DNA of 64,000 nucleotides from Squalus acanthias (Eukaryota). The notes beneath the pieces were generated by a model. That model saw nothing but the letters and a program-made list of their open reading frames with translations. It searched no databases and had not been told where the DNA came from. A program made the translations under genes and the position numbers. Of the stretch, positions 37,942-49,124 are shown one piece after another; positions within the stretch are counted from its first letter, which is position 1; each line of letters opens with the position of its first letter. The stretch lies in contig JASTWF010000329.1 of NCBI GenBank assembly GCA_030390025.1, positions 124,001 through 188,000 of the forward strand, in the 5' to 3' direction.

Positions 37942-38548
37942 CTGAAGGTGCTGACTCTGGCTGGGTTCAGTTCTACACTCACTGGTTCCCCTCCCTTTCC
38001 TCCCCTGAAGGTGCTGACTCTGGCTGGGTTCAGTTCTTCACTCACTGGTTCCCCTCCCTCTCCTCCCCTGAAGGTGCTGACTCTGGCTGGGTTCAGTTCT
38101 ACAATCACTGGTTCCCCTCCCTCTCCTCCCCTGAAGGTGCTGACTCTGGCTGGGTTCAGTTCGACAATCACTGGTTCCCCTCCCTCTCCTCCCCTGAAGG
38201 TGCTGACTCTGGCTGGGTTCAGTTCTTCACTCACTGGTTCCCTCCCTCTCCTCCCCTGAAGGTGCTGACTCTGGCTGGGTTCAGTTCCACACTCACTGGT
38301 TCCCCTCCCTCTCCTCTCCTGAAGGTGCTGACTCTGGCTGGGTTCAGTTCCACACTCACTGGTTCCCCTCCCTCTCCTCCCCTGAAGGTGCTGACTCTGG
38401 CTGGGTTCAGTTCTACACTCACTGGTTCCCCTCCCTCTCCTCCCCTGAAGGTGCTGACTCTGGCTGGGTTCAGTTCCTCACTCACTGGTTCCCCTCCCTC
38501 TCCTGCCCTGAAGGTGCTGACTCTGGCTGGGTTCAGTTCACTCACTGA
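37942..38548 (-). repeat. 63-bp minisatellite, ~10 copies, intron of type-B ZNF
   Basis: Minus-strand unit GAACTGAACCCAGCCAGAGTCAGCACCTTCAGGGGAGGAGAGGGAGGGGAACCAGTGAGTGTA. Confidence 0.96.
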
Positions 38549-38955
38549 GATCCTGAAGCCACGTCCTGAAGTATCGCCCACTGGTGGTTCCTTTACAAAG
38601 ATGGCCGCGCATGCGCTCTACTACTCAATGAAGATGGCGGCTCACAAACTCGCAGCCTTCCTTTACAAAGATGGCGGCTGTTAAACCGGGCCTATTGCCG
38701 GGAAAAAGCCTCCGAGTTGCAAACACGGAACCTGTAGGTTCTCATACCAGGCTTGCGGCCTACACCAGGTGTTTATGAAGCTCACCCGCCGGGTACGTTA
38801 CCTCATTGCGCCCCGCTGATTTGTAATCGGATCAAAAACCGCGTCTCCCAAATCGGCCCGCTTCCTGCACTCGCATGGCTCTGATCACACTGACACTGCG
38901 CATGCTCCAGCTACGGTCGGGCACTGCGCCTGCGCACTAGGCTCCTCCAGTGTGA
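38549..38955 (-). promoter_or_regulatory. CpG-island promoter / first exon of type-B ZNF copy 2
   Basis: Three AAGATGGC(G/C)GC motifs (YY1 consensus-like), GCGCATGCGC (NRF1) and TGCGCCTGCGCA. Confidence 0.7.
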
Positions 38956-38960
38956 ACAAG

Positions 38961-40865
38961 ATATTTTTATTCAAAATCAATAATACCTGTACAAATCAAC
39001 AATTACATAGTAAATCCATTACATAGTAAATCCATTACATTCATCCATCACAGTAAAAAATAAAGCCTTAAAAACAGCCTTATAGTTAATATAAATGCAA
39101 TGATTAATTTTACAAATAATCAATAATGTTTACAGTACAAATACCCTTAAACAATACCACACAACTTTTTAGATTTAAAATAATAAATCTCAAAGTTAAC
39201 TCCACATAAAACAAAAACCATTTCAACACCAGTGTACAAACACATAGCACCATCATAATCCAATTAAATGCTACAGATAACATTTATTCCAATAAACCAA
39301 GAAAAAACCCGTTTTACGCCAGTCCTACTGGCATTGTTCGTTCGATCTTTCGATCATTCATTCAATTGTTCGTTCGTTCATTCAAGCGTTCGTTCGTTCT
39401 TTCGATCGAGCGTAAATTCCAATATGTATGTCTGAATGCGTGCGTGCGTATCATTTGTCTAAGTGCGCGCCTCCGTGCGTTCGCTCGATTATCGTTCATC
39501 TCATCGTTCACCACGCGATCATTCGTTCGATCGAGTGTAAGTTCCAATGTGCATGCTTGCGTTCGCTCGAATCGTTCGTTCGACCACTACCCCATGAGGT
39601 CGTTCGTTTGATCGAGTGTAAGTTCCAATGTGTATGTCTGAATGCGTGCGTGCGTATCATTTGTCTAAGTGCGCACCTGCGTGCGTTCGCTCGAATCGTT
39701 CGTTCTATCACTGCACAAATGATCATTCGTTCGATCGAGTGTAAGTTCCAATATGCATGAATGCGTTCGTTCGAATCGTTCGTCCGTTCGTTCAATAAAT
39801 TACCAATATTAATTTACTTTATCTTTGCAAACACACCAACAGTAGACAATAACCTCAAAGTAAATTCCTACATAACCACCAATACATCACCATGTGCAAA
39901 TTCCCACAGTCCTTATCATAAAATCAATTAAGCTTCAAGTAAACTGCTTTCAAACAGAAAACCTGAAACCTTCCCAACAAAACAATTAAATACCAGTTCT
40001 ACGCCAGTCCTATTGGCAATCCATTAACGATTATCATTTGATGTTGTCGAACCATGTAAAGTCATAGTCCTTGTCCACAGTCTTCAGCCCTTCCACGGAA
40101 AAAGAAGCCATCCACTTCCTGAAATCCCATAAAAAGACCGAACACTCCAATCTCCTTCTGCTTGCTGTTATCGCTCACAGGACCCAACCATCAAAGAATA
40201 CTCATCATTCCTTACTGATATTACTTTGCTCTGTCTTTTAATTTCCTTTTATTTTCCGTCTTTTAACCATTCACAGTTTCCATCTTGTAACTGCTCACAC
40301 GCCACATTACAGATGGAAACAATTTGTCTTTCCTTCACCAATATGGCGACGCACAAACCGGTCCCATGACCAAGAAAAAGCCTCACAGCTGCCGCCAGGC
40401 AGAGCAGATGCTGGACCGCTGGAACTCATTCAGGCCCGAAACCATTCTGCAACTTTCAGAACCAGTGCAGCAATGCTCACCAACCGCGTCTCCCGACTCC
40501 ACCTCTGCCGACCAGCTGCCCCGCCCTGGGCCCCCCGCCTGGGGTTCTCCGTGCTGGGCCTCCCGCCCAGGCCACTCTCCTCCGAGTCTTCCACCTTGGG
40601 CCTTCTGCACCGGGCCCTCCGCACAGGCATTCCCCGCGAGCAGCCGGGATGTGGAGCAGCCCGTTCACACAGCACCGAGTTAAGCCGAGTTGAAAATCTC
40701 ACAGCCTTTCCTCCCCGGGACTTCTGCACTGGGCCCTCCACACCGGCATTCCCCGCAAGCAGCCGGGGTGTGGAGCAGCCCGTTCACACAGCACCAAACT
40801 GAACTGAGAATCTTGCAGCCTGGGCTTCGATTTTGTCATTGGGGCGGGCTGGGTATGAACATGGT
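38961..40865 (-). repeat. Uncharacterised ~1.9-kb element, copy 1
   Basis: High identity to 40866-42610 and 59064-60967. AT-rich end with minus-strand AATAAA, a (CGTT)-rich core and a GC-rich other end. Confidence 0.85.
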
Positions 40866-42610
40866 TCAAATATTTTTATTCAAAAACAATAATACCTGTA
40901 CAACTCATCAATTACATCGTAAATCCATTACATAGTAAATCCATTACATTCATCCATCACAGTAAAAAATAAAGCCTTAAAAACAGCCTTATAGTTCATA
41001 TAAATGCAATGATTAATTTTACAAATAATCAATAATGTTTGCAGTACAAATACCCTTAAACAATACCACACAACCTTTTAGATTTAAAATAATAAATCTC
41101 AAAGTTAACTCCACATAAAACAAAACCCATTTCAACACCAGTGTACAAACACATAGCACCATCATAATCCAATTAAATGCGACAGATAACATTTATTCCA
41201 ATAAACCAAGAAAAAACCCGTTTTACGCCAGTCCTACTGGCATTGTTCGTTCGATCATTCGATCATTCATTCAATTGTTCGTTCGTTCATTCAAGCGTTC
41301 GTTTGTTCGTTCGATCGAGCGCAAGTTCCAATATGTATGTCTGAATGCGTGCGTGCGTATCATTTGTCTAAGTGCGCACCTGCGTGCATTCGCTCGAATC
41401 GTTCGTTCCATCACTGCACAAGTGATCATTCATTCAATCGAGTGTAAGTTCCAATGTGCATGCTTGCGTTCGCTCAAATCGTTTGTTCTATCTCTGCACA
41501 AGTGATCATTCGTTCGATCGAGTGTAAGTTCCAATGTGCACGCTTGCGTTCGCTCGAATCGTTCGTTCGACCACTACCCCATGAGGTCGTTCGTTTGATC
41601 GAGTGTAAGTTCCAATATGTATGTCTGAATGCGTGCGTGCGTATCATTTGTCTAAGTGCGCGCCTGCGTGCGTTCGCTCGAATCGTTCGTTCTATCACTG
41701 CACAAGTGATCATTCGTTCGATCGAGTGTAAGTTCCAATATGCATGAATGCATTCGTTCAAATCGTTCGTCCGTTCGTTCACTCGAGCGTCCGTTCGTTC
41801 AATAAATTACCAATATTAATTTACTTTATCTTTTCAAACACACCAACACTAGACAATAACCTCAAAGTAAATTTCTACATAACCACCAATACATCACCAT
41901 GTGCAAATTCCCACAATCCTTATCAGAAAATCAATTAAGCTTTAAGTAAACTGCTTTCAAAACAGAAAACCTGAAACCTTCCCAACAAAACAATTAAATA
42001 CCAGTTCTACGCCAGTCCTATTGGCAATCCATTAACGAATATCATTTGATGTTGTCGAACCATGTAAAGTCATAGTCCTTTTCCACAGTCTTCAGCACTT
42101 CCATGGAAAAAGAAGCCATCCACTTCCTGAAATCCCGTAAAAAGACCGAACACTCAAATCTTCTTCTGCTTGCTGTTATCGCTCACAGGACCCAACCATC
42201 AAAGAATACTCATCATTCCTTACTGATATTACTTTGCTCTGTCTTTTAATTTCCTTTTATTTTCCGTCTTTTAACCATTCACATTTTCCATCTTGTAACC
42301 ACTCACGGGCCACATTACAGATGGAAACAGTTTGTCTTTCCTTCACCAATATGGTGACGCATAAACCGGTCCCATGACCAAGAAAAAGCCTCACAGCTGC
42401 CGCCGGACAGAGCAGATGCTGGGCCGCTGGAACTCATTCAGGCCCGAAACCATTCTGTAACTTTCAGAACCAGTGCAGCAATGCTCACCAACCGCATCTC
42501 CCGACTCCACCTCTGCCGACCAGCCGCCCCCGCCCTGGGCCCCCCGCCTGGGGTTCTCCGTGCTGGGCCTCCCGCCTAGGCCACTCTCCTCTGGATCTTC
42601 CACACTGGGC
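40866..42610 (-). repeat. Uncharacterised ~1.9-kb element, copy 2 (tandem, truncated near the Penelope insertion)
   Basis: Direct repeat of 38961-40600. Confidence 0.85.
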
Positions 42611-42734
42611 CCTATGCCCCGGCCCCTCTGCGCTGGAGTTCCCCACAAGCAGCTGGGCCTCTCACTCAACGCCCCGGCCCCTCCGCACTGGCAGCTGGGC
42701 CTCTCGCTATCGCCCCTGCCCCTCCGCACTGGGA

Positions 42735-44152
42735 TAAGAGGAACATTCTTTGTTCCAGTCCTACTCAGGTCTCCTCCCTCACCTCTTTTTCTGGTACATT
42801 GATGACTGTATTGGTGCCGTTTCCTGCTCTCACCCTGAACTAGAAAATTTCATTCACTTTGCTTCCAATTTCCACCCTTCACTCACCTTCACATGGTCCA
42901 TCTCTGACTCTTCCCTTCCCTTCCTCGACTTCATTGTCTCCATTTCTGAGGATAGGCTATCGACAAACATCCGCTATAAGCCCACAGCTAACTGGACTAC
43001 ACTTCCTCCCACCCCACTTTCTGTAAGGACTCTATTCCATTCTCACAGCTTCTCCGTCTCCGCCGCATCTGTTCTGATGATGCCACCTTCCATACGAGTG
43101 CTTCCGATATGCCTTCCTTTTTCTTCAACTGAGGATTCCCCTCTACCGTGGTTGGCATGGCCCTCAACCGTATCCGTCCATTTCCAGCACTTCTGCTCTC
43201 ACCCCATCCCCTCCCTCCCAGAACCACGATAGGGTTCCCCTTGTCCTCAGTTTCACCCTACCAGCCTTCACATTCAACGGATCATCCTTCGCCATTTCCG
43301 CCACCTCCAGCGTGATCCCACCACCAAACGCATCTTCCCCTCACCTCCCCTTACAGCATTCCGAAGGGACCGCTCCCTCCGCAGCACCCTGGTCCAGTCC
43401 TCAATCACCCCCAACAGCCCCTCCCCTGCCCACGGTACCTTCCCGTGCAAGCGCAGGAGATGCAACACCTGCCCTTTTACCTCCTCCCTTCCCACTGTCC
43501 AGGGCCCCAAACACCCCTTCCAGGTGAAACAGCGATTTACTTGTACTTCTTGCAATTTAGTATACTGTATTCGCTGCTCACGATGCAATCTCCTCTACAC
43601 TGGGGAGACCAAACGCAGATTGGGTGACCGCTTTGCCGAACACCTCCGTTCAGTCCGTAAGGGTGACCCCGAGCTTCCGGTCACTTGTCACTTTAACTCT
43701 CCGCTCCACTCACACTCAGACCTCTCCGTCCTCGGCCTCTTACATTGTTCCAAAGAAGCTCAAAGTAAGATCGAGGAACAGCACCTCATCTTTTGTTTAG
43801 GCACTTTACAGCCTTCTGGACTCAGCTTTGAGTTCAACAATTTCAGACTATAACCCCTGCCCCTATTTTTTCAGCTGTTGATGATTCTGCCATCCCCATT
43901 TGCAACATTTAACCACTCCTGCCTTCCACCCAATCACAGACCGTCCCTTTTGTTCTTTCCTCCCCTCCCCCCTTTCCCTGCCTCTGCGCCTGCTTAAAAT
44001 CTGTTACATCTCGAACTTTTCCAGTTCTGACGAAGGGTCACAGACCTGAAACGTTAACTCTGTTTCTCTCTCCATGGATGCTGCCTGACCTGCTGAGTAT
44101 TTCCAGCATTTTCTGTCATTATTTCAGATTTCCAGCATCCGCAGTATTTTGC
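42735..44152 (+). mobile_element. Penelope-like retroelement, 5'-truncated (RT C-terminus, GIY-YIG endonuclease, pLTR)
   Basis: WYIDDCIGA..FHPSLTFT..LPFLD RT motifs and FTCTSCNLVYCIRCSRCNLLYTGETKRRLGDRFAEH GIY-YIG domain. Frameshifted. Confidence 0.92.
44023..44059 (+). ncRNA. Minimal type-I hammerhead ribozyme motif in the Penelope pLTR
   Basis: AGTT-CTGACGA-A-GGGTC aca GACCT-GAAA-CGTT-AACT. Stem I is AGTT/AACT and stem III is replaced by the palindrome AACGTT. Confidence 0.8.
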
Positions 44153-45125
44153 TATTGTCCAGTGTATTGAATATTTGATTTCTCTGTGATAAGAGGAGAC
44201 ACATTGATGTTCTGTTACTGACTGTTCCATTTTGGGGCATTTCTTACTCTAGATTATAACGATTCTCACCTAGTTCACTTTCTACCACATCTAACCCCAA
44301 GCTTGTTCCGTTTGAGTACATGGCTTGTGGGTGTCATAGACTGAACTGCAGTGTCCACCCCTCTATAGAACTATCCTGCATAAGATTTGAAATCCGTTAT
44401 TTTCTGTATCATTTAACCCTTTTTGGATCAGATTTAGTAAAAACTCCTTCACACATATTGCATGTGATCGCCTTTTAAATGTTCTGATCTTTGTAATTGT
44501 CATTGCTGATTTTGATGGTCTCTTTGATTTAATCTCTTGTTACTAACATACCTTGCACTATTTCTTTATTCGAGATAATTGTTTCAAATACTTCCTTTAT
44601 CAGGTCTTTAGCTCCTCCATTGATCCCTGTCAGTAATCCTTGGTTAGGGTTTAGGGGCTGGGGTTCGGGTTAGGATGTAAGGCTATGAGACAGTGATTAG
44701 GGATAGAAACCATTATTGACAACGTCAGTGTCACTAGACATGTTCTCTTTCATTTCATGGTGTTTTAACCTCATGCAGATGAGTCAGAAAACAGCCTCAT
44801 GAATTGTTCATTCAAGGAACCTTCTTTCTGGCCCGAGCCTGATTTCCTCTCTTCTTTCACATCTCTACATTTTACACAGAAAAATACATCAGGGTCAGTA
44901 GAATTGGGGACAAGAACAGGCGGATCCAGGTGTTGTTCTGGTTACATCCAATCATTGGCCTGCCTGAAAAGGGCTTGTGACAATAACCTATCACCAGGCC
45001 CCACCAGTAACCATCTGATTCCAACGTCATATCTTCATCCATTACCTGCCTTTCACCCTCACTGGAGCTGGTTTCACCTCCATGACCATTCCCCATTCTG
45101 AGGCTCTCTGATTCACATTTTATAG

Positions 45126-45265
45126 ACTCAGTGTAAGTGGTCCCTGGATTTGATGTCACAATGTAAGTGGTCCCTGGATTTGGTCTCTCAGAGGAAGTGG
45201 TCCTTGGATTTGGTGTCTCAATGTAAGTTGTCCCGGGATTTGGTGTCTCAGTGTAAGTGGTCCCT
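45126..45265. repeat. 30-bp minisatellite, ~4.5 copies
   Basis: TCAGTGTAAGTGGTCCCTGGATTTGGTGTC. Confidence 0.85.
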
Positions 45266-45267
45266 TC

Positions 45268-45775
45268 ACAGAGTGGGTTCCCCAGGCCCCGCCCCCACAC
45301 AGGGCGGGTTCCCCAGGTCCCGCCCCCACACAGAGCGGGTTCCCCAGGCCCCGCCCCCACACAGCGCGGCTTCCCCAGACCCCGGCTCCACACAGCGCGG
45401 GTTCCCCAGGCCTCGCCCCCACACAGAGCAGGTTCCCCAGGCCCTGCCCCCACACAGAGGGGTTTCCACCGGCCCCGCCCCCACACAGAGCGGGTTTCCC
45501 AGGCTCCGCCCCCACACAGTGCGGGTACCCCAGGCCCCGCCCCCACACAGATGGGGTTCCCCAGGCCCCGCCCCCACACAGAGCGGGTTCCCCAGGTCCC
45601 GCCCCCACACAGAGCGTGTTCCCCAGGCCCCGCCTCCACACAGAGCGGGTTCCCCAGGCCCCGCCCCCACACAGATGGGGTTCCCCAGGCCCCGCCCCCA
45701 CACAGAGCGGGTTCCCCAGGTCCCGTACCCACACAGAGGGGTTTCCACAGGCCCCGCCCCCACACAGAGCGGGGC
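45268..45775. repeat. 31-32-bp GC-box minisatellite, ~16 copies
   Basis: CCCCAGGCCCCGCCCCCACACAGAGCGGGTT. Confidence 0.95.
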
Positions 45776-46426
45776 CTGCTGGGTCAGGATATAAAGGGAC
45801 CGCGAGCTGTTCCTCCTCCCACTGCCTGGGGGAATGGGGCAGATATTTAAAGGGACAGGGACTCCCCTTTCTCTGCCTATTTATAGTTAAAGCGACAGAC
45901 CCGTTTATCTCGGAGTGTCGGCGGACTTCACTAACAGAGCTCCCATGAACAGTCGCTCCCTTCTGTACTGTGCAGTGATTGAAAACCTGTCTGTTTCAGT
46001 GACTTGAGCCTTTCTAAAATGTCTCACTATTTTTGACGATCCATTTGACTTGCTTGTTTAATATTGAAAGTCTTCAGAATTTTGCAGTGTAACGAAGGTT
46101 TTGTTTAAAGGTGGAGAATTATTTATTTCTAAATATTCTGTTCTCACTCTCCCCCTTCCACTTTAAAACACTCTGCCCTACTGACTAGGAAGGTACCAAC
46201 TTCAATCCTTGGTCTGGGCTGTTACTTGATCTCTGATAAGGCAGCAGTTCAGGGGCTATAATTATCCTCAGTACCACTGGGCTAACTAAGAGTAAGAATC
46301 AGCCACTGCCCCTGCTCTTGATGGAGACCCAGTGACATCAACTGGGAAGTGTATGGATGTCAATTGAGGGCAGGATTGGACTGCTGTCACTGCTGACATC
46401 ACTGAGTCGGCTGATGGTGAGGCTCT

Positions 46427-46980
46427 AGAATCATAGAATCAGAGACTCGTTAGAGCACAGCAGGAGGCCCATCGAGCCCATGCCGGCTCTCTGCAAGAGC
46501 ACTTCAGCTAGTCCCACTCCCCCCGCCCTTTCCTCGTAGCCCTGCCAACATTTTTCCTTCAGGTACTTATCCAATTCCCTTTTGAAAGCCACGATTGAAT
46601 CTGCCTCCACCACCCTTTCAGGCAGTGAATTCCAGATCCTAACCACTCGCTGCGTAAAAAAGTTTTTCCTCATTTCACCTTTGGTTCGTCTGCCAATCAC
46701 CTTAAATCTGTGTCCTCTGGTTCTCAACCCTTCCATCAATGGGAACAGCTTCTCTCTCTCTACTCTGTCTCGACCCCTCATGATGTTGATCACCTCTATC
46801 AAATCTCCTCTCAACCTTCTCTGCTCCAAGGAGAACAATCCCAGCTTCTCTAGTCTATCCATGTAACTGAAGTCCCTCATCCCTGGAACAACTCTTGTAA
46901 ATCTTTTCCGCACCCTCTTGAAAGCCTTCACATCCTTCCTAAAGTGTGGTGCCCAGAATTGGATACAATACTCCAGTTGA
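46427..46980 (-). mobile_element. CR1-clade LINE 3' fragment
   Basis: PQLEYCIQFWAPHFRKD..LEQRRLRGDLIEV. Confidence 0.92.
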
Positions 46981-46982
46981 GG

Positions 46983-47390
46983 ACATAAGAACATAAGAAA
47001 TAAGAGCAGGATGCGGCCATACAGCCCCTCGAGCCTGCTCCGCCATTCAATAAGATCATGGCTGATCATCCACCTCAACTCCACTTTCCCGCCCGATCTC
47101 CATATCCCTTGATTCCCCTAGAGTCCAAAAATCTATCTATCTCAGCCTTGAATATACTCAAAGACTGAACATTCACAGCCCTCTGGGGCAGAGAATTCCA
47201 AAGATTCACAGCCGTCTGAGTGCAGAAATTCCTCCTCATCTCGGTCTCAAATGGCCTACCCCTTATCCTGAGACTATGCCCCCTAGTTCTAGTCACTCCA
47301 GCCAGTGGAAACAACCTCTCAGCATCTACCCTGTCAATGCCTTCAGAATCTTGTATGTTTCAATGCGATCACCTCTCATTCTTCTAAACT
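46983..47390 (-). mobile_element. CR1-clade LINE 3' fragment
   Basis: TRTRGHSLRIRGRPFETEMRRNF, with a (TTCTTATG)n tail. Very similar to 55690-56097. Confidence 0.9.
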
Positions 47391-47459
47391 CATGATGTGG
47401 AGATGCCGGCGTTGGACTGGGGTGGACAAAAATGAGAAGTCGCACAACACCAGGTTATA

Positions 47460-48281
47460 CGGAATTCCTTATCGGCGCCCGGCCCCGAATCCTCCCTCGG
47501 GAGCCGCCGCCTCACCACTTGAGCCTTCTCGGAGAAATGCCCTCCGTGCCCTTTCAATCCGCACGGAGGCGTTTCCTGTACGGGCTGCTCCTGCACACTC
47601 TCCACTTTGCCATCTTCGTCTGCCGTCCGGACACGCCTTGGCGTACCATCCTGCCGTCCGGCGGAGGCGAAGGTCCCCATTGGAAGGCTCTCTACGCGGG
47701 AGTCTTCCCTTGTTCTATTGGGGACTTGGCCTGGAGGGTGTTGCACGGAGCAGTCCCGTGCAATAGGATTTTAAGTAGGTTTACGGACTCCCAGGCTGCT
47801 TGCCATTTCTGCGGCCTGGAGGAGTCCGTCTATCACATTTATATTGAGTGTGAGAGGTTGCAGCCCATCTTTCATTATTTGAAAGGGCTGCTCCTCAATT
47901 TCTGGTTGCACTTCAGCCCCACGCTCCTGATCTACGGTCACCCGGTGCGGAGGGGAGCGGGTAGGTCGGAGGACCTCCTCGTAGGACTGCTCCTGGGCCT
48001 GGCCAAGAAAGCCATTAATTGGTCCAGGCAGCGGGCGGTCGAGGGGGTCGTTCGGCCCGATTGCCTGCCTCTCTTCCGCGGCCATGTTCGCGCCCGGGTG
48101 GCCCTGGAGATGGAGCACGCGGTGTCCGCCAGCACGCTTGAGTTTTTCCGCGACCGGTGGGCGCCGCGGGGGCTGGAGTGCATCGTCACCCCGGACTTCC
48201 AAATTTTGATTTGATTTATTAAGTTTCATTTAAAGTTTTAATTGATTTACAGTAAATTTTGATTTGTCCAACCAAAAAGAG
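47460..48281 (+). mobile_element. Tx1 copy 3, 5'-truncated (~820 bp) with 15-bp TSD
   Basis: Nearly identical to the ORF2 C-terminus and 3' UTR of copy 2. CAACACCAGGTTATA at 47445-47459 and CAACACCAGGTGATA at 48282-48296. Confidence 0.95.
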
Positions 48282-48317
48282 CAACACCAGGTGATAGTCC
48301 AACAGATTTATTTAATT

Positions 48318-48355
48318 TTACAAGCTTTCGGAGCTGTCGCTCCTTCCTCAGGTAA
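48318..48355 (-). ncRNA. Minimal type-I hammerhead ribozyme motif adjacent to the Tx1 target
   Basis: Minus strand TTAC-CTGAGGA-A-GGAGC gaca GCTCC-GAAA-GCTT-GTAA, with stem I TTAC/GTAA and palindromic AAGCTT. Confidence 0.8.
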
Positions 48356-48674
48356 GTTAGCAGTGAGAGAATCTCCCAGAATTCACAATTTAAACACAGA
48401 CAAAATCTATTCAAATATTTCCCTACATCAAAGACACACTAAGAGCACAGCCAAGACAATGAGATGTGTCCCAGGGGGTCCAACGTGTCAAACCACCTGC
48501 TGGCTGCATATCCTGTCAATTTGTGTTCTTGTGTTAGTCTTTTTAAAAAAAAAAAACACCTGGGAAGACCGGCCATGATGTCAAGTCACGTTCTGTATCG
48601 TGACATGAACCCGATATCGCGATTGAGGCCATCCTCATGAGTGCGGAACTTGGCTAAACTCCAGAGAGGTCGGA

Positions 48675-48900
48675 CCAGTGTTTTATAAAAGTTCATCATA
48701 ACTTCCTTGCTTTTGTACTCTGTGCCTCTAATTTATGAAGCCCAGGATCCCGTATACTTTTTTACCCGCTTTCTCAACCTGCCCTACCACCTTCAACGAT
48801 TTGTGCACATATATCTCCAGGTCTCTCTGTTCAGGCACCCCCTTTAGAATTGTACCCTTTAGTATATATTGCCTCTCCTCGTTCTTCCTACCAAAATGTA
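48675..48900 (-). mobile_element. CR1 internal fragment
   Basis: Similar to 17250-17375 and 51630-51850. Confidence 0.75.
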
Positions 48901-49124
48901 GAGGTTAACTAAGAGCACCCAGCCAGATTCAGTTACTTCTGGAGAGAAGGGGAGACACAAAATCCCAGATGATGTAATGAATGTTGATTTTAGACAGTAA
49001 GGATGGAGGGAGAGTGTGTAGAATGGGGAATTCACAGCTTAGGAGGGACAGCAGGGACAAGAATGTTGTATAGAAACTAGATGTGTCTGTTCTGAAGGTC
49101 TATCCTGTTGTAAACACCAGTTGA

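Larger units (their letters stand above)
47392..48360 (-). mobile_element. Penelope-type pLTR split by a Tx1 insertion
   Basis: 47392-47459 matches the reverse complement of 9465-9531. 48282-48360 continues the repeat through a hammerhead. Confidence 0.75.

Noticed and set aside
39335..41800. CRISPR-like repeat-spacer pattern (GATCGAGTGTAAGTTCCAAT with intervening sequence)
   Set aside because: The intervening segments are themselves repeated and of irregular length, the context is vertebrate, and there are no cas genes.
44641..44675. Interstitial telomeric repeat
   Set aside because: Only a few degenerate TTAGGG-like units, too short to support.
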